Positions 1 through 9,463 of a stretch of DNA of 64,000 nucleotides are shown here, one piece after another. A model generated the notes under the pieces. The model was not told the origin of the DNA, did not search any database, and was given only the letters and a program-made list of their open reading frames with translations. A program made the translations under genes and the position numbers. The first letter of the stretch is position 1. Every line of letters begins with the position of its first letter. The stretch is from an uncultured bacterium (GTDB lineage Bacteria > Zhuqueibacterota > QNDG01 > DTFT01): positions 166,051 through 230,050 of the forward strand of contig CAVTNR010000009.1 of the NCBI GenBank assembly GCA_963736115.1. The letters are read 5' to 3'.

Positions 1-68
1 GGAGCCTCCACTCGGAGTTGAATCGATACTCACCCCTCCTCAATCGTCAATGTCATTGCCCTGCTCCT

Positions 69-1340
69 TCAGCCTCCGGACAACCGCGCCGCCGCTTCCC
101 CAGCCAGCCTGCCCGTGGAAAACGCGGCCTGCAGATTGTACCCGCCCGTATCCGCCTGCAGGTCCAGCACCTCCCCGCAGAAATAAAGCCCCCGGACGAG
201 CCGCGATTCCATGGTCCGCGGATCGACCTCGGACAGCCGGACGCCGCCGGCCGTGACAATGGCCTCTGAGACAGGCCTTGTGCCGGTCACGGTCAGACGG
301 AAATCCTTGAGCCACGCGAGCAGACGCTTCCGCTCTTCCGCCGTGACCTGATGGCCGGGCCTGGCCGGATCGATCCGGCACAGTTCGAGGCAGACCGGGA
401 TCATCTTCCGCGGAAGGAGCAATTTCAGCACATTGGCGGCTTCCATGCGTCCGTGCTCCCGCAGATCCCGCTGCAGCCTCTGGTCGAGTTTGGCCTCGTC
501 CAGAGCGGGTTTCAGATCGATGCTCGCCTCCACGGATTTCTTCCGCCTGAGCGCGTCCACGGCTGCGAGGCTCGCCGTGAGCACGATCGGGCCGGACAGC
601 CCGAAATGCGTGAACAGCATTTCACCGAAACCGGAGACCGCGGCCTTTCCATCCACGATCAGCGTGAGGCCCACGTTCTTCAGCGGGAGCCCCTGAAGAC
701 GGGCCGCAATGCCGCCGGCCGTGACCAGAGGCACCAGCGCGGGCCGGGTGTCCTCAATCGCATGCCCGGCTTTTTTGGCGAATCCGTACCCGTCCCCGGT
801 CGACCCGGTGCCCGGATAAGACAGTCCGCCTGTGGCCACGATCACGGCATGCGCCGTTTCGGCCCTTTGGTCGCCGTCCTTTCCCGTCCATCGCACTCCC
901 GTCACGCGCCCCCCCTCCAGCACGGGGCTCTGCACCGCCGCCCCGGTCCGGATGCGGACGCCCGCGCCTTCGGCCCACCGGACCAAAGCGGACACGATCG
1001 TGCCGGCATCCTGCGATTCGGGAAAAACGCGGCCGCCCCGCTCCGTGACCGTGGCGACGCCGAGGGTTTCGAGAAACCGGAGAAGATCGTCCGAAAAAAA
1101 TCGATGGAAAGCCTGGCGGAGAAAAAGACCGTCCGGCTGGAAATGCCCGATGAATTCTTCGAGCGCGGCGATGTTGGTGAGATTGCACCGGCCCTTTCCC
1201 GTCAGGCCGAGCTTCAGCCCCGGGCGGGGCATCTTTTCGAGCAGAAGGACGGAGGCGCCGTTTTCAGCGGCCCGGCCCGCCGCGATCAGGCCCGCGGGGC
1301 CGCCGCCGGCGACGAGTATGCGGATCTTGGAGTCTGTCAT
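69..1340 (-). CDS. NAD(P)/FAD-dependent oxidoreductase, HI0933/BaiN family
   Basis: GGGPAG FAD motif, TGKGRCNLTN, ATGGLSYP.TGSTGDGY, VTAGGV and GGYNLQ.AF.TG motifs. Confidence 0.9.
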   Translation of the reverse strand: MTDSKIRILVAGGGPAGLIAAGRAAENGASVLLLEKMPRPGLKLGLTGKGRCNLTNIAALEEFIGHFQPDGLFLRQAFHRFFSDDLLRFLETLGVATVTERGGRVFPESQDAGTIVSALVRWAEGAGVRIRTGAAVQSPVLEGGRVTGVRWTGKDGDQRAETAHAVIVATGGLSYPGTGSTGDGYGFAKKAGHAIEDTRPALVPLVTAGGIAARLQGLPLKNVGLTLIVDGKAAVSGFGEMLFTHFGLSGPIVLTASLAAVDALRRKKSVEASIDLKPALDEAKLDQRLQRDLREHGRMEAANVLKLLLPRKMIPVCLELCRIDPARPGHQVTAEERKRLLAWLKDFRLTVTGTRPVSEAIVTAGGVRLSEVDPRTMESRLVRGLYFCGEVLDLQADTGGYNLQAAFSTGRLAGEAAARLSGG

Positions 1341-1395
1341 AAAAGCAGGGTTCGGATGGCCGTCTCGTGCCGGCCGGCGGAAGCCTCCGGTCCGG

Positions 1396-2310
1396 TCACC
1401 AGCGCTTGAGCTTGCTGAGCAGAATCACCCCGAGGCTCAGGAGCCCCGAGGCGGCCAACACGAGCCAGAACATAACCGGCCTTTCCGAAAGGGGGATCGG
1501 AACGTTCATGGAGAACAGGCTGACGAGAAACGTCGGCACCATCAGGCCGATCATCACGATGTTGAGCGTCTTCATCAGCACGTTCAGGTTGTTCGAAACC
1601 ACGGAGACCCGGGCGTCCATGAGGCCCGCCAGCACCTCCGAGTAGATGCGGGCCTGCTCCTGGCATTGTGTGTTTTCAATGGAAAGGTCCTCGAGCAGAT
1701 CGACGCTCTCGGCGGTCAGGCGGAGCCGGCCGGCGCAGGACTTGAGCCGGTCGATGACGCGTCCGTTCGATCCGATGGCGTTCAGGTAGTACACCAGGCT
1801 CTTCTCCAGCGTGAAGAGATTGAGCAGGGTCCGGTTTTCCATGGCCTTGTTGATCTCGTGCTCGAGGTCCTCACTGCACATGTTGATGACGCGGAGGTGC
1901 TCCTCGAAATGAAAAATGGACCGGTAGATGATCTTGAGGGCCAGCTCCTGAAGGGACTTCACCCGGCCGAACATCTTTCCCTCGAACAGGGGAATATCCT
2001 CGTTCAGGACGATGACGAGCCGTCCGCTGAACAGGAACATGCCCACGGACGACACATTGAACAGAAAATTGTCCTCCGCGCTGTACCGCTTGGGTCTCTT
2101 GGTGATGAGAGCCGCGTGCCGGGGCTCGAACTCGATGCGGGCCAGCTCGTTCGGGTCCAGCGCCGAGTTCAGCGTGTGCTCGTCGATGCGCAGTTTCTGA
2201 GTGAGGTTGCCCCGCTCGGTTTCATCGGGATTCACGAACACCAGAATGCCGCCCCTGCCGTTCCCGCCCGCGACGACCCTGCCGCCCTCGATTCGGTAGT
2301 GCTTCAGCAT
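1396..2310 (-). CDS. CorA-family divalent cation (Mg2+) transporter
   Basis: SNNLNVLMKTL, C-terminal two TM helices with FSMNV (GMN-like) motif; ATG at 2310 chosen over upstream ORF start. Confidence 0.85.
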   Translation of the reverse strand: MLKHYRIEGGRVVAGGNGRGGILVFVNPDETERGNLTQKLRIDEHTLNSALDPNELARIEFEPRHAALITKRPKRYSAEDNFLFNVSSVGMFLFSGRLVIVLNEDIPLFEGKMFGRVKSLQELALKIIYRSIFHFEEHLRVINMCSEDLEHEINKAMENRTLLNLFTLEKSLVYYLNAIGSNGRVIDRLKSCAGRLRLTAESVDLLEDLSIENTQCQEQARIYSEVLAGLMDARVSVVSNNLNVLMKTLNIVMIGLMVPTFLVSLFSMNVPIPLSERPVMFWLVLAASGLLSLGVILLSKLKRW

Positions 2311-2335
2311 ATCGCCCCGTCCGGCCGATGCCGGC

Positions 2336-2638
2336 TTACACGTCCACCACGGAATTTTCGTCCGCCCCGAAGGAGGACGGCACATACCGGTCCGCCGACC
2401 AGTCGTTCTCCCAGGTGCGGCCGTCGATCAGGTACCGGAACTGATAGGACCGTCCGGACTCGAGCGTGAGCGCGACCTGGAAGGATCCGTTGGCCATGCG
2501 CTTCATGGGCGCGGCCTGCGGATCCCATCCGTTGAACTCGCCCGCCAGGTGCACGGTACCGGCGCCCTTCACCGCCTCCTTCGAGAGCGTGAAGGTGACC
2601 TTGCAGGCGTTCTTTGTTTTGAGGTATTGTTTTTTCAT
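2336..2638 (-). CDS. Isoamylase early-set / CBM48-like glycogen-binding small protein
   Basis: VTFTL, VHLAGEFNGW, YQFRYLIDG..WEND motifs. Confidence 0.85.
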   Translation of the reverse strand: MKKQYLKTKNACKVTFTLSKEAVKGAGTVHLAGEFNGWDPQAAPMKRMANGSFQVALTLESGRSYQFRYLIDGRTWENDWSADRYVPSSFGADENSVVDV

Positions 2639-2716
2639 ATCACCCTTTCCTGACTCCCCCGGCGGGGAATCGCCTTTTACGGCGGACGGACGGGAGTCCG
2701 TCGCAGAGCCGGTCCT

Positions 2717-4306
2717 TCAGTTGACGAGAAGCAGTTTCCGGGTTCGTCGGGCGCCGCCCGCGTCGAGCACCGCCACGAACAATCCGCTGGCCGCGTCCGC
2801 GGGCCGCCAGACACAGCGATGCATCCCGGCTTCGAGCCTCCCGTCGATGAGCCGCGCGACTTCGCGGCCCCCGGTCGTGAGAATGCGAAGCGAAGCCTCC
2901 GCCGGGACCGGGATGTCGAAGGGAATCACGGTTTCACCGTTGAAAGGATTGGGATAATTGGGTCCGATTCCGAAGCCTGCGGCGCCGGCCCCGTCCGGAC
3001 GGCCGCGGTGTCCGACGCCCGTCAGCTCGAAGCGGGTCCGGTCGTCGAGAACGCCGAGCAGGACGCCGTTTCCGTCGAAGAGCCGGAGCGCGACGCTGTC
3101 CGTGCCGGCCGGAAGCGCCACGGCCTCATCGAGACGGAACGGCTGCAGCGGGCTGACATAATACTCTGCCCCCTCCGCGAGCAGGACTCCGCCCTGGTAG
3201 AAGGCGGCTTTCGCCCTTCCCTCAAAAAAAACACCGTACTGGCCCTTCAGTCTCTGCTCGATCGGATCGTATGTCATTTGTTCGGCCTGAGCGCCCACGG
3301 GTGTGACGTCGAGCACCGGGGTGGCCATTCGGGTCAACCACCAGTCCTCGGTGAACGTGTAACGGTTCGCGCCGGACGCGGCAGCAGGCAGCCGGACGAC
3401 CGGACTCACGACCTCGACCTCCATGTACGCGGGGCTGGAATTGATCCACACTTCGACATGCGCGCCCTCGTCGGGGTAATTGCCCTCGAACAGATCGAAT
3501 GTCTTGACGGACACGACCGAATCCCTCCGGTTCGCGTAGGCGATCCATCCCTTGTGCGAATCCGCGAATATCTTTTTTCCCTCCGGGAGGAACTGCACAC
3601 CGTACACACCGTCCGCCACCTCGCCCTTCCAGGCGGCCGAGGATTTGTCCCACCGGACGCCGTCCGACCCGAAAACGCTGTTCGGGTTGATCGGGAAATA
3701 GGCCCAGAAATTCTCATAATCCCGCTCGTCCGGATGGTGGACGACGACCTGGGTGATGTCCCACATGCCCCATTCCGCCGAAGCCGTGCCCTCGTTGATC
3801 ATGGTCTGCTGCATGCGCACCCGGCTCGTTCCCTTGTATACCGTGGCCCGACGCTCGAACCGGATGTTCGGGGCCAGCCATTGCTCAACCGGGCTCGACA
3901 CGAAGACGGCAACCGAATCAGGCGTGTCCGCCGCGATCTCGTATGTGTACAGGCCGTAGTCCAGAGTGGGCGGCGGCGGCCAGTTCCATTTCGACTGGGG
4001 CGACGGCCAGTTCTTGAATCCGCCGTACTGGTACAGGCCTCCCCGCGCCGGAGTGTGCGTCTGGCCGACCAGGTCTTGAGCGACATACAGAGTCGCGTAG
4101 CCGCCCAGGTCGTACTGCATCACCCGGGCCCCGATGTCCGGCATCGTGGCCATGGTGACGAGGCCGTTGGACATGACAATCGCGTTCCAGCCCCATCCGT
4201 TGTAATCGGACTCCGTCCGGATCGATGGCGCCTGACTGAAAGCCGCGGCACCGAAGAAAGTCAGCATGGCAATCATGGTCAAGGAGGTCATTCGTCGCAC
4301 GTTCAT
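2717..4306 (-). CDS. Secreted DUF4380-like protein with C-terminal FlgD/T9SS-like sorting domain
   Basis: Signal peptide; PDIGARVM, GG.K.WPSPQ..W..PPP motifs; C-terminal NYPNPFN...SGLF...KLLLV; GGAG RBS before ATG 4306. Confidence 0.7.
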   Translation of the reverse strand: MNVRRMTSLTMIAMLTFFGAAAFSQAPSIRTESDYNGWGWNAIVMSNGLVTMATMPDIGARVMQYDLGGYATLYVAQDLVGQTHTPARGGLYQYGGFKNWPSPQSKWNWPPPPTLDYGLYTYEIAADTPDSVAVFVSSPVEQWLAPNIRFERRATVYKGTSRVRMQQTMINEGTASAEWGMWDITQVVVHHPDERDYENFWAYFPINPNSVFGSDGVRWDKSSAAWKGEVADGVYGVQFLPEGKKIFADSHKGWIAYANRRDSVVSVKTFDLFEGNYPDEGAHVEVWINSSPAYMEVEVVSPVVRLPAAASGANRYTFTEDWWLTRMATPVLDVTPVGAQAEQMTYDPIEQRLKGQYGVFFEGRAKAAFYQGGVLLAEGAEYYVSPLQPFRLDEAVALPAGTDSVALRLFDGNGVLLGVLDDRTRFELTGVGHRGRPDGAGAAGFGIGPNYPNPFNGETVIPFDIPVPAEASLRILTTGGREVARLIDGRLEAGMHRCVWRPADAASGLFVAVLDAGGARRTRKLLLVN

Positions 4307-4353
4307 CTCCTGTCTGGTTGTGCCGGTCGCGTGAGCGGAAAGCGGACCGGTTA

Positions 4354-5280
4354 TCAATGCCCCGGCTGTACGGGCCGGAGGGCCTCCGCGAGATCGGACC
4401 GGAATTCGCGGCGCTTCCTGTGGTCCCGGATGACGCCGGCCCCCCTGCGAACGGCCGCGTACAGGGCGAGAAAAACCACGGCCGGAAACACGATGCAGTC
4501 AAACACGAATCCCGCGATGAGTTTCAGCACCCATTCGGTCAGCTCGCCGGTCCGGCGGGCCAACAGGGCCGTGACGCGCTCGAGTTTTTCCCTGCCCTCG
4601 GTGATTTTCCCCCACAGGCCCGACCGCCCGTCCCGTGGCCCATTCAGTTCCGTTTGGATCCGCTGGAATCCGTCATGGGCCTGTTCGACGGACGGGCGCG
4701 TGATGCGTTTCGAAAGCCAATGGCCGCCCGCGATTGAAACGGGGACCACGAGCGTCAGCGCGACGGCTACGAGTCCGGCCATCCACGCGGCGTCGCGGAG
4801 AAACGCCCGGAGAAAGCGGAGCCGGGGCAGGGTCCACGCAACAACGAGACCGAACAGAATCGCGGCGAATGTCGCGGCCAGAAACCAGGAAGAAAGCAGG
4901 TCGGCCGCCTGAAGCAGGTACCGGGTGCCCAGCAGAACCGCGGCGCACGCGAGCACCACGCGCCAGGCGATGTCCACATAGTCGTAGGCCGACTGGACCA
5001 CATTCCCGACCTCGAGGTTGAAGCCGATTCCCACGTCCGACCCCTGTACCACGGCCAGGCCGACCTTCACGGCCGAGATCACGGCAAACGTTTTCAGGGT
5101 TTTGTCGAATGAGGCCGACAGATAGGCGTCGTTCGACGCCTTCAACCGGCCCAGCCCGGCGGCGTCCATGCCTTTACGCATCAGCCCGCCGACCGACAGT
5201 ATGACCGCGGCGGACAGGAGAAGGACTGCGGCGGCGCGCCTGGCCGCCGGAGGGTTCGCGTTCATGGCGTCAACCGTCAA
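4354..5280 (-). CDS. Hypothetical multi-pass membrane protein
   Basis: 308-aa ORF with several hydrophobic segments, overlapping the proC stop; start uncertain (5280 or 5265). Confidence 0.7.
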   Translation of the reverse strand: MTVDAMNANPPAARRAAAVLLLSAAVILSVGGLMRKGMDAAGLGRLKASNDAYLSASFDKTLKTFAVISAVKVGLAVVQGSDVGIGFNLEVGNVVQSAYDYVDIAWRVVLACAAVLLGTRYLLQAADLLSSWFLAATFAAILFGLVVAWTLPRLRFLRAFLRDAAWMAGLVAVALTLVVPVSIAGGHWLSKRITRPSVEQAHDGFQRIQTELNGPRDGRSGLWGKITEGREKLERVTALLARRTGELTEWVLKLIAGFVFDCIVFPAVVFLALYAAVRRGAGVIRDHRKRREFRSDLAEALRPVQPGH

Positions 5281-6106
5281 GTTTGAATAGCGTGGAGGCC
5301 TTGTCCCTGGAGGTCAGAATGCCCTTGATCATGGCCGAACTGAACCCCTCGTGTTCCATCTGATTGAGGCCTGAAATGGTGCATCCCCGCGGCGTGGTCA
5401 CCCGGTCGATCTCCGATTCCGGGTGTTCCTGCGACTGCAGGAGCAGCGTGGCCGCGCCCCGAGCGGTCTGGGCCGCGATGCGGAGCGCGTCCTGCGAGTG
5501 GAATCCGACTTCGATGCCGCCCTGGGACGCGGCCCGGATCGCCCGCAGAAAAAACGCGATACCGCACGCGCCGATGACCGTGGCGGCAATCATCTGCTCC
5601 TCGTCGATTTCAAGCACCGTCCCCACGGCTTCGAAAATCCGGGACGCGGCCGCCGCGGTTTCGGGTCGCGGCCTGCCCTTGCCGTAGGCGATGCAGGTGA
5701 TCGATTCTCCGATGGCCGCCGCGATATTGGGCATGGCGCGGAGTATGGGCGTTTTTCCGCCGGTCAGCGTCGCGATGTCCTGCAGGCCGACGCCGGACAC
5801 GACCGAAGCCAGCACATGCCGGGACGGTTTGAGACCGGGACGGATCTCCTGAAGAAGGGACTTGATCTGGCGCGGCTCCACCGCCACGACAATGAAATCC
5901 GAATTCGCGACCGCGCGGACATTGTCGGACCCGACATCGAATCCCTGCTTCCGCAGGCCGTCGAGCGGCCGGGGGTTCCGGCGGGTAAGCGCGATCTGCC
6001 CTGCATGGAAGCGGCCGGAACGGACCAGCCCCTTGGCGAGCGCGGTTCCGATGTTCCCCGCGCCGAGCACGGCGATCCTGAAGGATTTGGGTCTGGATGC
6101 GGGCAT
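5270..6106 (-). CDS. proC: Pyrroline-5-carboxylate reductase
   Basis: GAGNIG Rossmann motif, RAMPN, VTTPRGCTI motif. Confidence 0.95.
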   Translation of the reverse strand: MPASRPKSFRIAVLGAGNIGTALAKGLVRSGRFHAGQIALTRRNPRPLDGLRKQGFDVGSDNVRAVANSDFIVVAVEPRQIKSLLQEIRPGLKPSRHVLASVVSGVGLQDIATLTGGKTPILRAMPNIAAAIGESITCIAYGKGRPRPETAAAASRIFEAVGTVLEIDEEQMIAATVIGACGIAFFLRAIRAASQGGIEVGFHSQDALRIAAQTARGAATLLLQSQEHPESEIDRVTTPRGCTISGLNQMEHEGFSSAMIKGILTSRDKASTLFKLDG

Positions 6107-6144
6107 GACGGGATCCCCCGGAGGCGTTTTCAGTCGGCCGGATC

Positions 6145-6615
6145 TCAGCGCGAGATCCGGAGAATTTTATAGGCGAGCTGGCCAGCCGGCACCTGGATCT
6201 CGACCACCTCGTTCACGGGTTTCCCCAGCAGTGCCTTGCCGACCGGAGAGGTGATGGAGATCTTGCCTTCGAGAAAATCGGCCTCCGCCTCCGACACCAG
6301 CATGTACTCGATTTCCTGCTTGTCCTTGAGGTCGAGCAGCCGAACCGTGGCCCCGATGTACGCCTTGTCGTGGGCGATATTCTGGCCGTCGAGGATCGAC
6401 GCGGAGGAAAGCTGGGAAACCAGTTCCGAAATCTTGGCCTCGTTGAGGGCCTGCTCCTGCTTGGCGGTCTCGTATTCGGCGTTCTCGCTCAGGTCTCCGA
6501 AACCGCGGGCTGTTTCCAGCTGTTTCGCGATTTCCATGCGCCGCACCTTGACGAGGTAATGGAGCTTCTCCCGCAGTTTCTCGTATCCCTCGCGGGTGAT
6601 ATGCATGATCGGCAA
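6145..6615 (-). CDS. greA: Transcription elongation factor GreA
   Basis: GDLSENAEY, ISITSPVGKALLG; GGAGG RBS upstream of TTG at 6615. Confidence 0.95.
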   Translation of the reverse strand: MPIMHITREGYEKLREKLHYLVKVRRMEIAKQLETARGFGDLSENAEYETAKQEQALNEAKISELVSQLSSASILDGQNIAHDKAYIGATVRLLDLKDKQEIEYMLVSEAEADFLEGKISITSPVGKALLGKPVNEVVEIQVPAGQLAYKILRISR

Positions 6616-6730
6616 TGATAACCTCCTGGTCAATCGAATGAAAGCTTGCCCGGAACCTGATCGAAGGGTTTGCCCTGGGCCCCGCGCTCAGACGGAGCGT
6701 CCGCCCCGTGCGAGTCCGGACTGGGACGGA

Positions 6731-8654
6731 TCAGGCTTTCCCGAACTCCATCAGGGTTTCCCGGTAGGAGTCCGGGGTTCCGATGTCGAAACGCCTGCCC
6801 CGCACGACCACGCCGGTGAATCCTTCTTCGCGCCTCAGGCGCTCCAGACAAGTGGTGAGCTGGAACTCCCCGCGCTCGCGCAGGTTGTGCCGTATGTTCT
6901 CGTCCAGAAACTCGAAAATCCGGGGTGTCAGCACGTACTGGCCGAACACCGTGAGATAATGCCCGTCCGCGACGCCCTCGACGCGAAGGTGTTCCTGCGC
7001 GTACCCCGGCTCGGGTTTTTCCGCGAACTCGCTGATGGACAGCGACTCCCCGGATTTTTCCCAGACCCCGGACACGCACCCGAACCGCCTGATCTCGGCC
7101 TCCGGAACGGCCTTGAGCCCGACCGTGCTCCGGTTCGCCTTTTCAAACACATCGAGCACCTGCCGGGCGCACGATTTTTCCGTGTCCGACGCGTAAATAT
7201 GGTCCCCGAGCATCAGCAGGAAGGGCTCGTCCCCGGCGAATTCACGCGCGGCGTACACGGCGTGGCCGAATCCGTCCTGGGTTTCCTGAACCGCGAATCG
7301 GATCCGGTTGCCCAGTTCGAGCAGGGCGTCGTTGACGGCCCGGTCCTCCTTCGAAAGCTTGTTCAGGTTCTCGATGGTCGGCGGCTGGCAGAAGAACTCC
7401 TCGAACAGCTCGCGGTCCGCTTTCTGGACCACGAGACAGACCTCCTCGATGCCCGCGTTCACCGCCTCCTCGATGATGAGCTGAATCACGGGCTTGGCGC
7501 GTCCGGTCCGGTCCACGACCGGGAACAGCTCCTTTTTCAAAGCCTTGGACGCGGGAAACAGCCGCGTTCCGAAACCGGCGGCGGGTATCACGGCCTTCCG
7601 GACCCGGTGCGCCGAACGGAGGACGAGTTTCAAGCCGGGCATGGACAGCTTGTCCCGGAGTATCTCCACGACCCGGTTCTGTCCCGCCTCGTCCCGGCAG
7701 ATGAACTGGGCGGTGCCGTCTCCCTGGGATCCGACGCCCTTTCCGCCGTAGACATGGGGCGCAAGATCGGGGTGGTTCAGTACGTTATGCAGAACCGGAG
7801 CCGTCAGCTGGGACGGGCAGGCCGGCTGAAGGGCGCGGTCGAACTCGGCCTGGGCCTCGCGCATGAGGGCTCCGATCGCGGCAGCGTCGCCCCCGCAGAA
7901 TCGCTTCCTTGGCTTCGGTTACGATACGCCGGTTCACGGGTCCCAGATACTCCTGGACGCCCTTCTGGAGGTCGTTGTCCGCGAACGGGTAGCAGTGGTT
8001 CAGCTGGTTCAGGATTTCCCTCGTGTCCTTGCCCGCCTGCAGGTCCACGATGACGAAATACAGGTCCTTCGGCACGCTCAGCTCTTCCACGTCGATGCGG
8101 TCGCCGTCGAAAGACATCAGCACCGGTCGGTTGCCGTAGGCACAGCCCTGGTCCATGCGGCCGCACCGGGAGGGCGTGGTGATTTCGCCGAGATAGGCGA
8201 ACTCCATCTCGCCGCGGACGGTCATTTTGAGGTCATAAATGCGGTTGAACGCGCGGGCCACCAGCACGCATATAGCCGCGCTGGACGACAGCCCCTTTTT
8301 CACCGGAAGGTCGGTCAGCGTGTTGTCGATCTCCAGACCCCGCACCCGGTAATGGGTCAGAATCTGGTACGCCACGCCCGCCGCGTAGCTGAAGAAACCG
8401 CCCTTCTGGGCCTCGGCGAGCAGGGCGTCCTTTTCCATGGGGAGCTCGAACGGCCCGACCCGATTTCCGTCGTTCAGGGTCGCGGACACGACAAGCCGGT
8501 TCGGATGGGGTTTGGCTTCGGCGTGTATGCCCTGGTTGGTGCCCGTGATGATGGTGAAGCCCTTTTCCAGGTCGGCGTTGATGCGCCGGTAACTGCCGGC
8601 CCAGTCGCTGTGCTCGCCGAACAGGCAGATGCGTCCGGGGACGAATATTTTCAT
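6731..8654 (-). CDS. GHMP (galactokinase-like) sugar kinase fused to GalU-like nucleotidyltransferase; one-base frameshift at ~7890-7894
   Basis: PGRICLFGEHSD, LPVKKGLSSSAA, CGRMDQ in the first frame; KAVIPAAGFGTRLFP, LLMLGD, EFAEKP in the second; removing one base of the C5 run joins them as LRGDAAAIGALMREAQ (~640 aa). Confidence 0.8.
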
Positions 8655-8679
8655 GCCGGGGCTTTCCTGTCGTTTGGTA

Positions 8680-8714
8680 AAAACGAACTCCAAACCGCCG
8701 GGGCGGTTTGGAGT
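8680..8714 (-). terminator. Intrinsic-terminator-like hairpin in the leader of the kinase/GalU gene
   Basis: Perfect 13-bp stem ACTCCAAACCGCC/GGCGGTTTGGAGT followed on the minus strand by TCGTTTTT. Confidence 0.55.
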
Positions 8715-8795
8715 GGCTGGATTTCGGACACCGGATGACAAGGTCCCGTTCAGACGCCCCTGACCGGGCTCCTGAACGGGACCTTGCTCACGATT

Positions 8796-8824
8796 AGTAT
8801 ACGCATTCGAAAAACAAAAATCAA
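8796..8824 (-). promoter_or_regulatory. Sigma-70-like promoter
   Basis: TTGATT-N17-TATACT on the minus strand. Confidence 0.55.
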
Positions 8825-8828
8825 GCTT

Positions 8829-9419
8829 TTATTTTCCGGGAAAGGACGTGTGCAGCCCGGACAGGAACATCTCCACGGCCACGGTGACCAGTATCATGCC
8901 CATCAGACGCTCGATGGCCGTGAGTCCGCGCTCGCCGAAAAACCGGCTGAGCCGAGCCGAAAAAATGAGGGCCACCATCGACACGAACCACGCGATGACC
9001 AGGGCCGCGAACCAGGCGGGCCATCGCGAGGGTTCCCGGGCCATGAGCAGGATCACCGTGGACATGGCCGAGGGGCCCGCGATCAGGGGGATGGCCAGAG
9101 GCACGATGAACGGTTCGCCCGTCGTTTTATCCCCGAACAGGTCCTCCGAACCGGAGAACACCATCTTGATCGCGATCATGAACAGGATGATGCCCCCGGC
9201 GATGGAAAGCGAGGACTGCGAAATGTTCAGAATCGTGAGGATGTAACGCCCCGTGAAGAGGAAAAACATCAGGATGACGAGCCCGATGCAGGACTCCCGG
9301 ATGATGATGTGCCTGTGCCGGACGTGCGGCACGTTCTTCAGCGCGCACAGGAACAGCGGAATGTTGCCGATGGGATCCAGCACCAGGAGGAGCAGGACCA
9401 CGGCGGAGATGATGGACAT
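8829..9419 (-). CDS. MarC family membrane protein
   Basis: DPIGNIP, IAGGIILF, IVPLAIPLIAGP, ERLMGMIL motifs. Confidence 0.92.
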   Translation of the reverse strand: MSIISAVVLLLLVLDPIGNIPLFLCALKNVPHVRHRHIIIRESCIGLVILMFFLFTGRYILTILNISQSSLSIAGGIILFMIAIKMVFSGSEDLFGDKTTGEPFIVPLAIPLIAGPSAMSTVILLMAREPSRWPAWFAALVIAWFVSMVALIFSARLSRFFGERGLTAIERLMGMILVTVAVEMFLSGLHTSFPGK

Positions 9420-9463
9420 GTCGGACTTCCCTTCAAGGAGCCTGTACTTCTGAAAACTCCGGC

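Noticed and set aside
1-33. Possible gene start (GAGGAGG RBS then GTG, minus strand) running off the window
   Set aside because: Only 11 codons are visible, so it cannot be supported or assigned.
6634-6730. GC-rich greA leader containing GGGCAAACCC, as a possible riboswitch or SRP RNA
   Set aside because: It lacks the remaining conserved c-di-GMP-I or SRP helix-8 motifs, and there is no clear terminator.
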